Shown piece by piece: positions 52,146 to 64,000 of a DNA stretch of 64,000 nt. The notes beneath the pieces are model-generated. The model did no database searches. It saw only the letters and a program-made list of their open reading frames with translations, and had not been told where the DNA came from. Made by a program: the position numbers and the translations under genes. Position 1 is the first letter of the stretch, and each line of letters starts with the position of its first letter. This stretch comes from Blasia pusilla (Eukaryota). The stretch covers positions 10,664,001-10,728,000 of the forward strand of contig CM114271.1 in NCBI GenBank assembly GCA_050084515.1, read 5' to 3'.

Positions 52146-54066
52146 CGAGCATCTCATCCACTTAGTCCTGCCCCAAGAATCCTTTGTACTCCATCGGGTG
52201 CGTTGTAAGCACCTTCTTGACTCTATCGCAATCTTGGATCCAATGATGCTTCACGTTCCCCTTCCGAGACAATCCTGCAAATCGTCAAGACAAAGTGAGA
52301 ATTATTTTGCAATGTAATCCGTCAGTTTTTGTCAGGTTGCACACAACACAAGATGACAAACAAGGTCGTGTGCCGACTAAGTGCAACCCGTCAGACTCCG
52401 ACGAGTTGCAACGGTATCCAAGAGAAAGCCCGTGAGATAGGTTCAATGTAGTTTCTACCTCCACAAGACTTCAAAAAGTTGCACAACTGTTAGCAGATGG
52501 CAGAAATGTTGCAACCCGTCACACTCTGATGGGTTGCAACATCGATAGCCGCTGGACATGAATGGAGGAATATCATCATTTATTTTTTGCATCCATGGCC
52601 TCCTTGCAACCTGTCAAACTCCCACGGGTTGTTAATTTGTAGAACCTTTTGATCTTGCAACGAGTCAGAGTGTGACGGGCTCCATATTGCTGTCAACCAG
52701 AGTTGATTTTGGAGTCGATCTCGTAACCCGTCGGAGTCCGACCGGTTGCAAGGAGGCCTAGAATGCGGAAAATAAAGAATGTTATTCCATCAATTTAGCT
52801 AACACAAATGTGTTATACAATCCGTGGAAAGCCGACGGGTTGCAAGGTGGTATTTAAAATTACCAATTGAAGCCTTATATGCAACCCGTCGATCTCTGAT
52901 GGGTTCAATTTTTTTTGAAAGTGAGTCTCCTTCTTAGAAATGTTTCACCTTATGCAACCTGTTGGAGACCAACTGGTTGCATATAAGGCTTCAATTGCTA
53001 ATTTTAAATACCACCTTGCAACCGGTCAGAAGCCGACGGGTTGCACAACACACATATCATCCAAGAAAGTGACTACAAAGTTGTCTTGTATGAACCCATC
53101 GGTCTCTGACTGGTTGCCACATGGTGGAGCGACATGGGCCAAAATACCGTAAGGCAACCCGTCAGAGTCCGACGGGTTGCTGTACGGTGTCCTAAATTGC
53201 CCATGGAAGATCCGATGGGTTGCTCCTATGTTGTCCTATGATTCCAAACAAAATGTAGCTAGCTGAATTAGGCAACCCGTCGGACTCCAACGGGTTGCTG
53301 TAGTGTGTCCCAAATTGCCCATGCACGATCCAATGGGTTTCCCTTTTGACCAACGATTAATTGCAAACAAACTCTAGTAAGCTGAATTGGGCAACCCATC
53401 GGACTCCGACAGGTTGCAGCAAGCTAAAAAATCTAAGAGAGAAAAATAAACACTTACGTATTTATTGAGTGTATCGCCGTCTCCCCTATGGCCATGTGAT
53501 GCGGAAAGGGATGGAGGACGACAGCCCTCACACAAAAATGCGCCTCCAATGAATTTGGCCGCTTCTCGACAAATTGGGACCATGCCTTGAAGCTATGGTT
53601 CCCATCCCAGATGAAAAAATTTAGGTTCATCATCCAGCTGAATTCAATTCCTTCGACAACTCTTTTGAACTCCGCATCTCTCATTCTCCAGAACGTGTCC
53701 AAGTTCTCCAGGCCTTCCTCCGTCAGGAGAGACTGACTTCCATGTTCATCGTAAGGCTGAATATAGAACGGCAGGAAGCTGTTGACGTAAGATGTTGTGG
53801 CAATGGAATGCTTCAACTTTGCAATATCCTTGTCCGACTAAATTTTCCCGGACGTACTCCATGGTTCGAAGTTGACAAAGAGGAACTCGGGGGGACTTGT
53901 GGCCGTCCACCACCGCCATATGCTTTACAACCTGACGTGATGGTTAATAAGTTGCAATTTTCTTCCAAAGTGATCATCAAAGCTTAGTAAGTTATGTCGA
54001 CGACTCCTTACCCTCTCGAAAATTGGGTCAGTGTTGAGGCCGGCCAGCTGGTTTGGGACAGGAGGA
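52146..54066 (-). pseudogene. Copy A cargo gene, 5' part including the ParB-like exon (53458-53931) and a palindrome-rich intron (52275-53457)
   Basis: FFIWDGNHSFKAW exon homologous to B 38649-39121; the exon at 52146-52274 continues into 33424 across B's TSD. Confidence 0.8.
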
Positions 54067-54204
54067 GGAGGCGCAGTAAGAGGAGAGGAAGAGAGGAAGA
54101 GAGGAAACTACCTTCAACCCAAAGAGATACTTTTTTTGAAGAGAGTTTCTTGTGATTTGAAGAGAGTTTCCGTTGGGTTGAAGAGAGGAAACTTTTTGTG
54201 TGAC

Positions 54205-57200
54205 CCATCAGATCTTGCCCTACAAGTGGATCCACGTCCAGGGTTGCTCTGAGATATATGCCACCTTTTGAGGTTGCAATCCACCTTAATGACCGGAATC
54301 CCATACTGTTGAACTACCCCTGAGACCGGATGTTGCGAACTTCCAGCAAGGGAGGGCTTTTGAAATAAAACATTCACTGATTACTTCTACTCGGATTTGG
54401 GAGTAATCCGGGGTCTCCAAATACCAGGGCGGCATAATTTCTTCATCCAAATCAATCACTGGGTTTGTTCCTCGATGCTGCCTCTTCACTTGCCTGAAGT
54501 CAAGATACTTATCTGGTCTCCACGAGTCTTGCTCTGATTGCTCTACCACCATCTGTATGGGACGTCTTGAAACACGCCCACGAATATCCCCACAAATGTG
54601 GACATATTGCTCAAGGGGAGTTCCTGCTACGCACCGATTGAAGGCTTCCACATAGAGTTTCTCATCACCAGATCTCACAGCCGCCCTGACATAGAGCTCG
54701 TAAATCAAAGGTCCCTTTCCTTTAGTTATGCCTTTTGTGAAGATATGGGATGCTGGAGACTGTAGCATTGCTCTTGCCTGGTCTTGTTGGCATGCCTCCA
54801 CAAGTGAAATTCTTTGGCATGCTTGTGACGACCTCAAGGAGGAATGAACACTCTCTACTCCACTTATGTTGGGGCAGAGGGCATTTTCATGAATGTTCAA
54901 TCCCTGCAACGACGGCAATATGAGAAGGAAAAAAAAAGGCTCTATAAGCGAAGAAAAAAGAAACTTGTCGGAACCAGACGGGTTGCAAGTTAGAGGCATC
55001 CCATGAATGACTATGCAACCCGTCGGATTCAGATGGGTTGCAAGTAACTTTGGTCACTACGGGCTAGAAGATCCAAGTGCAAGTCATCGAAATCTGACGG
55101 ACCACACATGGATTTTCCAGCCTCCGACTTGAAACGGGTTGCAAGTCGGAGGCATCCCTGGAGTGTCCCAAGAACCTCTTACTGCAACCCAACACCAAAG
55201 AACCTGCTACTTCAACCCGTCAGAATCGGACGGGCTGTGAGAAGCAGGCCGGTCCGGTCTCAAAAATCCTTGTGCAACTTGTCGGATTCTGTTGGCTTGC
55301 AAGAAGTGTCAACATACAAAGCTTTGGAACTTGTTGGAATTTGACGGGTTCCAGTTAACTTGCACTGATGCAACGTGTCTAGATGCGAGGAGTTGGAGAC
55401 AGCCGCGACTTGTCTGAATGCAAGGAGTCGGAGACAGACGCAACTAGTTAGAATCCGACAGGTTGCAGACAGACGCAACTTGTCAGAATCTGACGGGTTG
55501 CAAACCGAGTTAACTTGCAGCCTTGCGGCTTGCAACCCATGTGGGTCAAACGATTTGCAGGCCTTGTATACATGCAACTTGCAACACGTCGGGATCCGAC
55601 GGGTTGCACAAACATTCTTCATGCATCCTGTCGGGCTCCGACGGGTCTGACACATGCAACCAGTCAAGTTCCGACGGGTTGCACAAACATTCTTGATGCA
55701 AACTGTCAGTTTTCAATGGGTTGCACACTCAGGAAACTAGTCGGATCCGACGGGTTGCTTGGTTTCTGCGATTTGAAATTCCTATAGTTCCCACGATTCT
55801 CAACTTGAGCTGCAACTTTTCAAACAATTCTCAGCATGAGTTTCAAAGGATGAAATAGTGAACTCACCTGCCGCATGAAATTTCCCCATTGTCTCATTTG
55901 TACAGTCCACGAATTGAGCCAAGAGTACAACTCTTTGTACTTCCCCTCAATCGCATGCTTCCTCCACCACCCATGAAGTTCTTCTTGGCACTCCATGGCT
56001 TGTTTCAAGGTTTTGCTGTCCTTGCAGCATTGGAGTAGAGTGACATGCTCTGTTCTCTTATTCTCCTTGATGCAAGATTTGGTGTACCGAGTCATAGACT
56101 GTTGCCAATGGAAATCATTTGACCTTTCCCTCTCTGGTTGAACCTCTCAATCCCATAACACTTCCCTGATAGAAATCCATCGAGGTTTTGCATTATCCGC
56201 CATGAATCCATAAATTTCCGGAGGTGGCCTTTTTTTTTTCCTTCACTACCTCCAACAAGAGTAACCAACACATCTTCAAACTGCCAACGTCTTTTGCTTT
56301 TACCTCACAGACAAATATAGTTTTGAGTCCCTTCTCCACATGGTCGTAAACATGAGCACTGATGGTCAACCATCCATTCAGCACTTTGTAGCAAATATCA
56401 AAGCTTACCTAGCTTCCGTAGAGATCTTCCACTTCCCTCATTCGATCTATAAGATCGAGGCCACTCGACAGCCCTGTAGTTGATATTTTGAAGATATAAG
56501 CCCTGGATCCTTCGCCTCCTTGGCCCATGAATTGCCATCTCTGAATAAATGGAAATGTGGATTTGGCCTTGATTCTGGCAATGGCATCCATTTCGGCTGT
56601 CTTTCCATCAAGTACCCATATTTGACACAGCAAGTTCCGGAAGCATTCAGGATCAGCGAGAAATGCAAGATTTTCCCAGAGTTGTTTCTCCTCAACAGCC
56701 GTGATCTTGCCTTGCCCAAGGATTCCAAGCAGTTGTTCACAAATTTGCGATGTTGTTGTTAACTTATCACTCCGGGCTTTGATCCTGGAGATTTTCTATA
56801 TACCTCGACCACTTTCTTTGCCACATCCTCCTTGATATGTCCCTGAATTGCACCGGTAGCAAGATGAATGTGGGAGCCAACATGAATTGCCAGCCTCATG
56901 TACTCGGATGTAGAAATGAAGTCGTGCACAATGAAAAATATGTATGCAAGACATGCTCCAAGGCAAAAAGGGGATGCCTGACAATGAGGACATCGATGGC
57001 CTCTCGGCGGTATGGTCGCACCGACCTCATTTGGTGTTGGTGCATCCTTTGGGGGGAATTAGGACGTATTGACTCGCCCATTGCGCTCTAGATATGGGCA
57101 GCCTGGACTTCTACACTCCAAGGCTCCAACGCATTGGCGTCGGGAAACAATCCAAGGACCATCTACAATTGAAGCACTAGTCCGTTGAAGCCTGCACCAT

Positions 57201-57856
57201 CGATGACAATCAGACTTTCAGTCCATACCTTTCAAGTGTCCTCCATCTTTCTTTTGAGCAGGACCAGCAAGTGGAGCCAACTCAAAAATGCAATTACATT
57301 CACACATGGGCGGCAGCTCATCGACAAGAATGTGCTTGAACATTTTAAAGGGCAGAGACGACAACAAACTATTGCTTGATACTCGCAAGAGGAACGAGTA
57401 GCCAGAGACAGGGCCTGATTGGTGTCCGAAAAATCCAGTGAGGTTGACGACATCCAGAATGTCTTTAGGAAGTACAACATACCCCTAAGTCTTACATATC
57501 AGTGGGAGTGCCAAACCTAGAGCTTGGTGCACTAGGAAATTCCGGAACGTCTACTTGGGAAACACAGGAATTCAGAGGCAAGCCATGAACTCTTTAATGA
57601 CCATTTTTTAGAGTTAGGAGATTCCATACTTGACAGTCTATTATCACTGGCTGGACTGTCTCACCTATAATGTCCTTCGTACCGTCCACCCTAACATCCT
57701 TGGAAACAAATATTTTTCCAATTTGGAGAAGAAATCGCAATGAGAGGAAATTTTCCTCCACTGGTATGTAAGACTCGAGAGCTTGCGGTCGAATTATTTC
57801 TCATTGAGGAAGGGCGCTAGATGACTGCCACAAGTGAGTTTCACATAATTATCCAT
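54205..57856 (-). pseudogene. Copy D MULE transposase with the DDE core retained and the SWIM region deleted
   Basis: Minus strand: RLAIHVGSHIH, VSFD..KVLNGWLTISAHVYD, GFMADNA, FHWQQ, SGVESVHSS; many stops and frameshifts. Confidence 0.8.
54960..55760. repeat. 27-bp palindrome array in the transposase intron (copy D)
   Basis: More than ten degenerate variants. Confidence 0.85.
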
Positions 57857-58014
57857 TCCTAGTTGATTCCACCGGGTGGAGAATGAAATAAGAATAAGAA
57901 TAAGAATGGGAATGAGAATGAGAATATTTAATTTATAGTGAATAGTGACCGTTACTGTCTCGATAGAATTTTACTGATTAGATGATGTTTGGTAGGTGAG
58001 AGGATTCAATCCTG

Positions 58015-59290
58015 TTGCAACTTGTCGGAGTCTGATGGGTTGCAAAATTTGGGACTCGGACACGTGGGTTGCAAAGCCACGGAGTACCATCGTTTGTTAG
58101 AGTCCGAATGCAACTTGCAACCCATCGGAGACCGTTGGGTTGAACGCGGTTGTCAGTCGGTTCCCCCTGCATTGTGACCTGTCTGATTCCGTTGGAGTCG
58201 GGATCCACGGGACCTCGCATGGATTTCCTACGGCAACCCATTAGACTACGACGGATTGAAAAGATACCTCACCTTGCTTTCCCTTTTAGAGGTAACCGAG
58301 TTGCGGGGGATCTCGCATTGATTTCCCTTGTACAGTGAACCGTGCAAACCGTGAGGGACAAACGAGTTTTTCGGAGACCGTGCCTCAATTTTGCCGTATG
58401 GTGGGAAGTGTCCAACCCATGGTAGATCTTGTCACCCCAAGATGAAGGAAGCTGCAACCTATCGGAGACCGACGGTGGCCTGGGAACCATGCTTTGTCAC
58501 CCCGGACGAGGGAAGCAGGCAACCCGTCGGTCTGCAATGGGTTGCCTAGGTACCTCGCCTTGTTACCCCAAGACGAGGGAAGCGACTCGCCGGTCTTCGA
58601 TGGGTTGCCCCGGTATCTCGCCTTGTTACCCCAAGACAAGGGAAGCGTGTAACCCGTCGATCTCCGATAGTTTGCACGTTTCCCACGTGCAAAGTTCCAT
58701 AACGGCCGACATTGCCGTCGATACAACGGTTCCAACGACCCAACGGTCAGCTCAAGGGCTCGAAAACTGTAAAAGGTTGAGATTTTGCTCATTTCCCCTT
58801 TTCATTTTGCTTGGTCATTGGAGGCCTAAAAGCAACCCGTGGGACTCCGACGGGTTGCAAAAGGTGAAATAATGACCAAGTACAAGGCACTTTTGGGGAT
58901 AATGCAACCCATCGGAGTTTGACGGATTGCAACTAAATTTCCTTTAGGAAATTTGGTTCAAAAGTACCATAAAATTTCTGCTTTTGGGTCTCCACTTGCA
59001 TCACTTCATGCCGATGGGCATCCATGTGCTACTCGTTAGACCCCAATGGGTTGCACATCGTTGCCATTTGCGGACAGTGGTGCAATCTGTCAGATTCCGA
59101 CGAGTTGCAGAAACTATATTGGGCCTCCAAGAGATTGCATCTCGAAGAGATTGTTGCAACCCATCAGAGTCTGACGAGTTGCGCATCCTTGCAATCTGCA
59201 AAGAGTGGTGCAACCCATCGGAGTCCGACACGTTGCACAAACTTTGCACATGACTCTTTGGTGCAACCATACGGAAACCGACGGGTTGTA
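58015..59290. repeat. 27-bp palindrome array (promoter region fused to cargo intron 2 by deletion, copy D)
   Basis: More than twelve degenerate variants. Confidence 0.85.
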
Positions 59291-59329
59291 GGGGATCATT
59301 ATTCTAACTTTGTGTTCACATTTGTATGA

Positions 59330-62300
59330 TTGTATTTGAGGGGAACGTCACCCACCTCTGGATCCAAGCATGCAACAAAGTCAAAAAGGTGCTTACAATG
59401 CAGCTGTCGTAGTATAAAGGATTCCTCGATGAGGACCTGGTCGATGAGATGCTTGCGAAGGGAGCTCAAATTAAGAAGAAGACTTGGGCGAATACCTTCA
59501 TCTCCCAAGATGCAGCGGTGATGATTCTATGCTGGTCCAAGATCCACGTAGCCAAGAAGTGTGCCACATTAGAACTGGAGTGAAGGGAAACGTCTCGGCG
59601 TCAGAGCGGGCAAAATTCATTCAAGATGTCATTTTTGCAGCTACAAAGTACACTACGAGGATTGCAATGGTACATTGCAATCCTCAACCCCAAACTTGGC
59701 TAGGAGTTCTACAAGGAGTTGAAGGCGATAATCAAGCGCCAGCGGAACAGGGACAAAGACCCATAGGGTTGAATCTGAGAGAAGGTCTCTCTACAAGGCG
59801 GATCCGACTGATGGAAATCAGTCTCGAGGGGACTGAGGCACAAAAGTGAGCGACAAACCATCCTCCAGGAATATTAGATCTAGTGATCTCCCATTGGCTT
59901 AGAGAATGGTCCTTTTGGGACGCACTACGACTTACGGGAAGTCGATGATTGTGGGTCTACAAGCAGAGCTCAAAAATTTTGAGCCAGTTCCAGAGGAGGC
60001 CAACTTGGAGGTTGCACAAGATTATGAACTGTGGCTCAATGACATCAAGGATAAGCCAACAAAAAACCCAGGCTTGTGGATGATGTTTAAGAATCACATC
60101 CTCCCTCAGGCCAATCTGGACAAAGAAATAGAGCGCGAAAATGGGATTGTGCAAAGAAGAAGCGGGATTTTTGGAGCAGGCGGCCAAGTCATCCCCACAA
60201 AGAGATGCCCAGCGGATGGTATACAGCTACTTCATATATTGTGTGAATGCAGGTACCTCGCGCAAATATCAGGCATCTTGCAAATTGTGGGCTTCTCCTC
60301 CTGATGAAGAGGGATTCTCCATGTACGACATGGAGATGAGGCAGGACATGTCCGAGTGGTAGGTCTTGAATTGTCCAATCTGCTTGGAGTTCAACAACCT
60401 GATGGACATGATAGATAAGAACTTGCGCATGGTGTATGACACAGTCCTTGTTGGCAGGGACAACATCCCAAACTTCGTGAAGAGTGATGTATTTTTCGAA
60501 GGAGATGCGGAGGAGCAAGCCATTGAGACAGCTGAGTTGGTGTCAAAGGTAGTCACCGCCAAGGACAAATCTACAGTGGGCTTGAAAGCAAAGGCAACAG
60601 GGTCGAGGCATTCCAAGGCAGAGTCTTCAAGGCAAGAGGGGCAAGAGGGGCGGACAAGGTCCTTGTCAAAGAAAATGCCTGTGGAGTGTGAGGTAACCGA
60701 GACACCAACAAGCCGACAGCAAACTCGCGAGAAGCGAAAGTGAGAGGTGTCAGGATTGTCCGAGGGAGGAGATAAGGATGTGGAATACACTCCATCATCC
60801 TTGGGCAGGCATAGGGAAACAACAAGCAAGATAACTGTCCTTCTACACCTGACTAATCTTGTTGATAAATTGCAGAGTTTTAGTTCTCAAGAGTCGACAG
60901 TTGCCGTTGAGAAGTTGACCGTGCTAGGGCATAAACTTCCCCAAAATGGGCACATCCCATGGACAGCTCATTGGGTCACTGAGGAGGTGGCAGTGGACCT
61001 CCTCATTGCAAATTTTCCCTCTGGATTTTGTTTGTGGGACGACAATCCATCTGACACTCTTCCAGATTGGAATGTCCCACTTTCCTATGAGCAGATCGCT
61101 CTTCTATTTTCTGTTGCAGACGCATATCTCAGTGACAGGGGGTGTTTCTTGGTGTTGACTGGAGGGCAAAGAAGAGCTCTTCAACCTTCAATGTGTGAAG
61201 AGGTTGCTCAAGTGGCAGATGGCGCAATTTTGGGTGATAAAAAAATGAGTACCCATTGAGATCGGCTACAAATCAAGTCCGAGTAAGTTCCAACTTGCTG
61301 GTTTCCTGTTTTTTCCCTTATTTTTTACAGTAGGTTCAAACATGCAACCTGTCGGATTCCGGCAGGTTGCAAATCCAGTCTCCAATGCCTTTGCTGATAA
61401 GCAACCTGTCGGAAAGCGACAGGTTGCTTATATGTAAGGTACAATTCTACTTGCAACCCGTCGGGTTCCAAAGGGTTGCAATTAGAGAGCTCTGCAGATT
61501 GTGCCACTATCTAGAGAGCAAACCATCGATTTTTGACAGATTTCACAATTCTTCCATCTTTTGTTTAAGCTCACAATATTTTGCACCTACCTTGTTCACA
61601 GATGGAGCACTCATGTGTCTACAGCTTTGTGAGACCGGAGCACAACTTCCAAGTGTTCTAGATCTTGGATCCAGTTGATCCATGCTCCGATGGGTACACA
61701 TTAGATGGTTTTTACAATTCACCCCCGTGAGTTTTCATGCACGAAGGGACCCCCTTACTTGGAGGAAGGGAGAAGTCACCTACCCTGATGCAGACGCTCA
61801 TGGAGCTTTACTCAAGGTCGGGTGACTTGGTCTTAGACTTGGTAACCCTATCAGAGGCGAGTATCAGAGGCGCATGGTAGAGTGGCAAGAACATTCTCTA
61901 CCTTGAGGGAAGGCCGGAACTTTTCAACCTTTGCAAAGAGGCAAAGGCGGATAACAAGAGGCTGGTGGGAGTATACAACTCGCCTCCAAAGCCAACTGCT
62001 CCAACTCTTGAGCCTCCATTGGTAGTGACACCATTTTCACTTCTTGCAATTCCAAAAATCGGAGGGAGGGCAAGACTGAAAATAATTTTGGAAGAGCTCT
62101 TGGACAATGATGAGTAAGTTGAAAGTTTTCTCGGGTTCAATTGATTGAAGCATTTTGGAGTTGGGATTTAGTGGTTTCAAGCGGCGGAGCACATATTGAC
62201 ACTGGATGGGTGTCACTTTGTAGAGCATACAAGATTTACTGTCGAGGAAGGCGTTGGGACTCAAATCATCACACATGGGACCGATATGGTGTACCTAGGG

Positions 62301-62452
62301 GGGCAAGGCTCTCGAATTCCCCTACATTCTCAATCCCTATCTACAATCGGCCAGAGGAGCCACTAATATCCCAAGATATTCCTTTTGTACAAAAACCTAG
62401 GAGAGTTACGAGTAAATTTGTAGATGACAAGGCTGAAGAAATCATAGAATAG
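59330..62452 (+). pseudogene. Copy D cargo gene (MTase-like part; ParB exon deleted; intron 61283-61601)
   Basis: VDLLIANFPSG..LSDRGCFLVL (60747-61259); EKSPTLMQTLMELYSRSGDLVLDLV..GKNILYLE (~61770-61905); C-terminus SKFVDDKAEEIIE as in A and B. Confidence 0.78.
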
Positions 62453-62614
62453 ATCAAATGTAAATTTCCGAGTTTCCCTCGGATGTAATAAAGAACTTGC
62501 AGTTTTTCTACACCGATGGTTTCTGAAGTGTTTTTTGAACTGCTGTGCTTCTGTGTCTCATCGAGCTCGTTCTTGATTATGTCTTGATATCTCTATTTGA
62601 TGGTCTTTGTAATG

Positions 62615-62905
62615 AAACCCGTCGGAATCCGACGGGTTGCAAACTAGGGACCAATTTTGCAACTTGTCAGATTTTGACGGATTGCAAACCAGGGACCAAG
62701 TTTGCAACTTGTCGGATTCCAACGGGTTGCAAACCAAGGACCAAGTTTGCAACTGGTCAGGTTTCGACGAGTTGCAAACCAAAGACCAAGTTTGCAACTT
62801 GTCTGATTCTGACGGGTTGTAAACCAGGGACCAAGTTTACAAATTGTCAGATTTGGACGGGTTGCAAACCAAAGACTAGGTTTACAACATGTCGGATTTC
62901 GACAA
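62615..62905. repeat. 45-bp tandem units, each containing the 27-bp palindrome (downstream of the copy D cargo gene)
   Basis: GCAAC.TGTC.GATT..GACGGGTTGCAAACCA.GGACCAAGTTT, about six to seven units. Confidence 0.9.
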
Positions 62906-63377
62906 GATGTAAGGGTTGACATTGTTTCTTCTCTTCTTATTTCTCCTCTCTGGGACTTGTCTGTAATGTTTTCTTAAATGACTTGAATGGTCCGTGTTTT
63001 GGGTTTCTCCTTTGTTGTGGTAATCTCTAGTGGACATTTGTTTTTCCATCTTCCAACCCGTTGCACTTCGACATGATGCAAGCCAAAAATGGAACTTGGA
63101 TGACTAAAGATGTATACAGAAATTCTCCTGTCTTGCGATATTTGCAGACCTCGACATAAATTCTCGTTTCTTGCAATATTTGCGACGAGATGATAAGCAC
63201 TTCTTCTCTTGACGTGTCTTGCAACCCGTCGGATTCCAAGAGGTTGCATATCTTGATGCAGCTTGTGAAGCTCTCTTTTTCAATCCTTTTTTATTTCTTG
63301 ATTTGATTCAACCTGTCGGATTTCGATAAGTTGCATGTGAGGACTCAATATTGTGAATTTTTGGGACCCTTCCCTCC

Positions 63378-63696
63378 ATGGTTGCATAAAAATGGACAAG
63401 TCCTTCCCTATGACAGATACTGACACACAAGTCCGGACATATCCACGGACATGGGTTCCAATAAGTGGGACCCGCACTTATAATTCATGTTGGAAGGCAA
63501 GGCAAGGCAAGGATAAGTGGAGCAATGAGGGAGGAGGGAGTGGAGTTGGAGGGAGGAATAAATGGGGGAGTATGTATGAAACACGAAGGCAAGTAAGGGG
63601 AAGGAGAAAGAAGGGAAAGGTGGGGCCCATATGGACAAGTCCTTCCATAGGACGGACATAAGTCCACGGACATGGACTTTGTCCACACGCAACCTT
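63378..63696. mobile_element. MITE-like element, same family as 4427-4720, inserted in copy D
   Basis: Imperfect TIRs GGTTGC..TGGACAAGTCC / GGACTTTGTCCA..GCAACC; internal similarity to 4427-4720. Confidence 0.65.
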
Positions 63697-64000
63697 ACTT
63701 CCTTCTATATCTTTTTTCGTACCTAGGTTATGTCACGAGTAAAAACTCTATTGAAACAGGGTAGGTCTTCATAACATGCCTTGTTTTTTAACCCTTATGA
63801 ATCTTAATCTTGTCATGCAACTTATCAGAATCCAACATGTTGTAGGTCCAGATGATTGGTTGGTTGCAGGTCTGGATGATTGACTGCTATTGCAACCCGT
63901 CGGTTAGCGATGGGTTGCTTATCTAGAGGCAGCCAGTGGAGGTCTCCTTCTGAGCCCTTTTTGTTTTCATGATGTCATTCAATTTGTCGAATTCCGACAA

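Larger units (their letters stand above)
27896..54066. mobile_element. Mutator-like transposon copy A (oldest host copy). Visible parts are 27896-30887, 32185-33424 and 52146-54066; it presumably continues beyond copy D, outside the window
   Basis: Left terminus AGAGGCTGGTATTCTGGCAAGAGAGAGTAAGAGAGG matches B's left terminus; the cargo gene reads continuously across the solo LTR and across B once the TSDs are removed. Confidence 0.8.
54067..64000. mobile_element. Mutator-like transposon copy D, opposite orientation, inserted in A; the far end is outside the window
   Basis: Terminus GGAGGCGCAGTAAGAGGAGAGG matches the reverse complement of B's right end; contains both genes with internal deletions. 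Confidence 0.82.

Noticed and set aside
52146-54066. Independent fourth copy of the element
   Set aside because: It is the continuation of copy A across B's TSD.

Overview
Eukaryotic, TE-dominated window, most likely from a non-seed land plant (inferred from the gene/TE repertoire and TTTAGGG repeats). It opens with the last three exons of an ACC-synthase-like aminotransferase (1-1475). Next come a MITE, a microsatellite, a degenerate interstitial telomere array, a decayed Sola-like/DUF7869-type DNA transposase with its own 14-bp palindrome arrays (6.8-15.3 kb), and two truncated Gypsy elements joined tail-to-tail (15.3-27.9 kb). From 27.9 kb to the end there are three nested copies (A, B, D) of one roughly 12-kb Mutator-like DNA transposon. 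It carries (i) a GCM-like/MULE-DDE/SWIM transposase and (ii) a divergently transcribed, intron-containing cargo gene that joins a ParB/Srx-like domain (FFIWDGNHR) to a beta-class N4C/N6A DNA-methyltransferase-like domain. All its long introns and its intergenic and subterminal regions are studded with dozens of a 27-bp palindrome, GCAACCCGTCGGA-N-TCCGACGGGTTGC. Copy B (33425-52145) has a 9-bp TSD and sits inside the cargo gene of copy A; copy D is also inserted in A's cargo gene. A chromovirus with both LTRs and a TSD interrupts B's transposase, and a solo LTR interrupts A. Domain calls come from motif recognition by eye, not from database searches.
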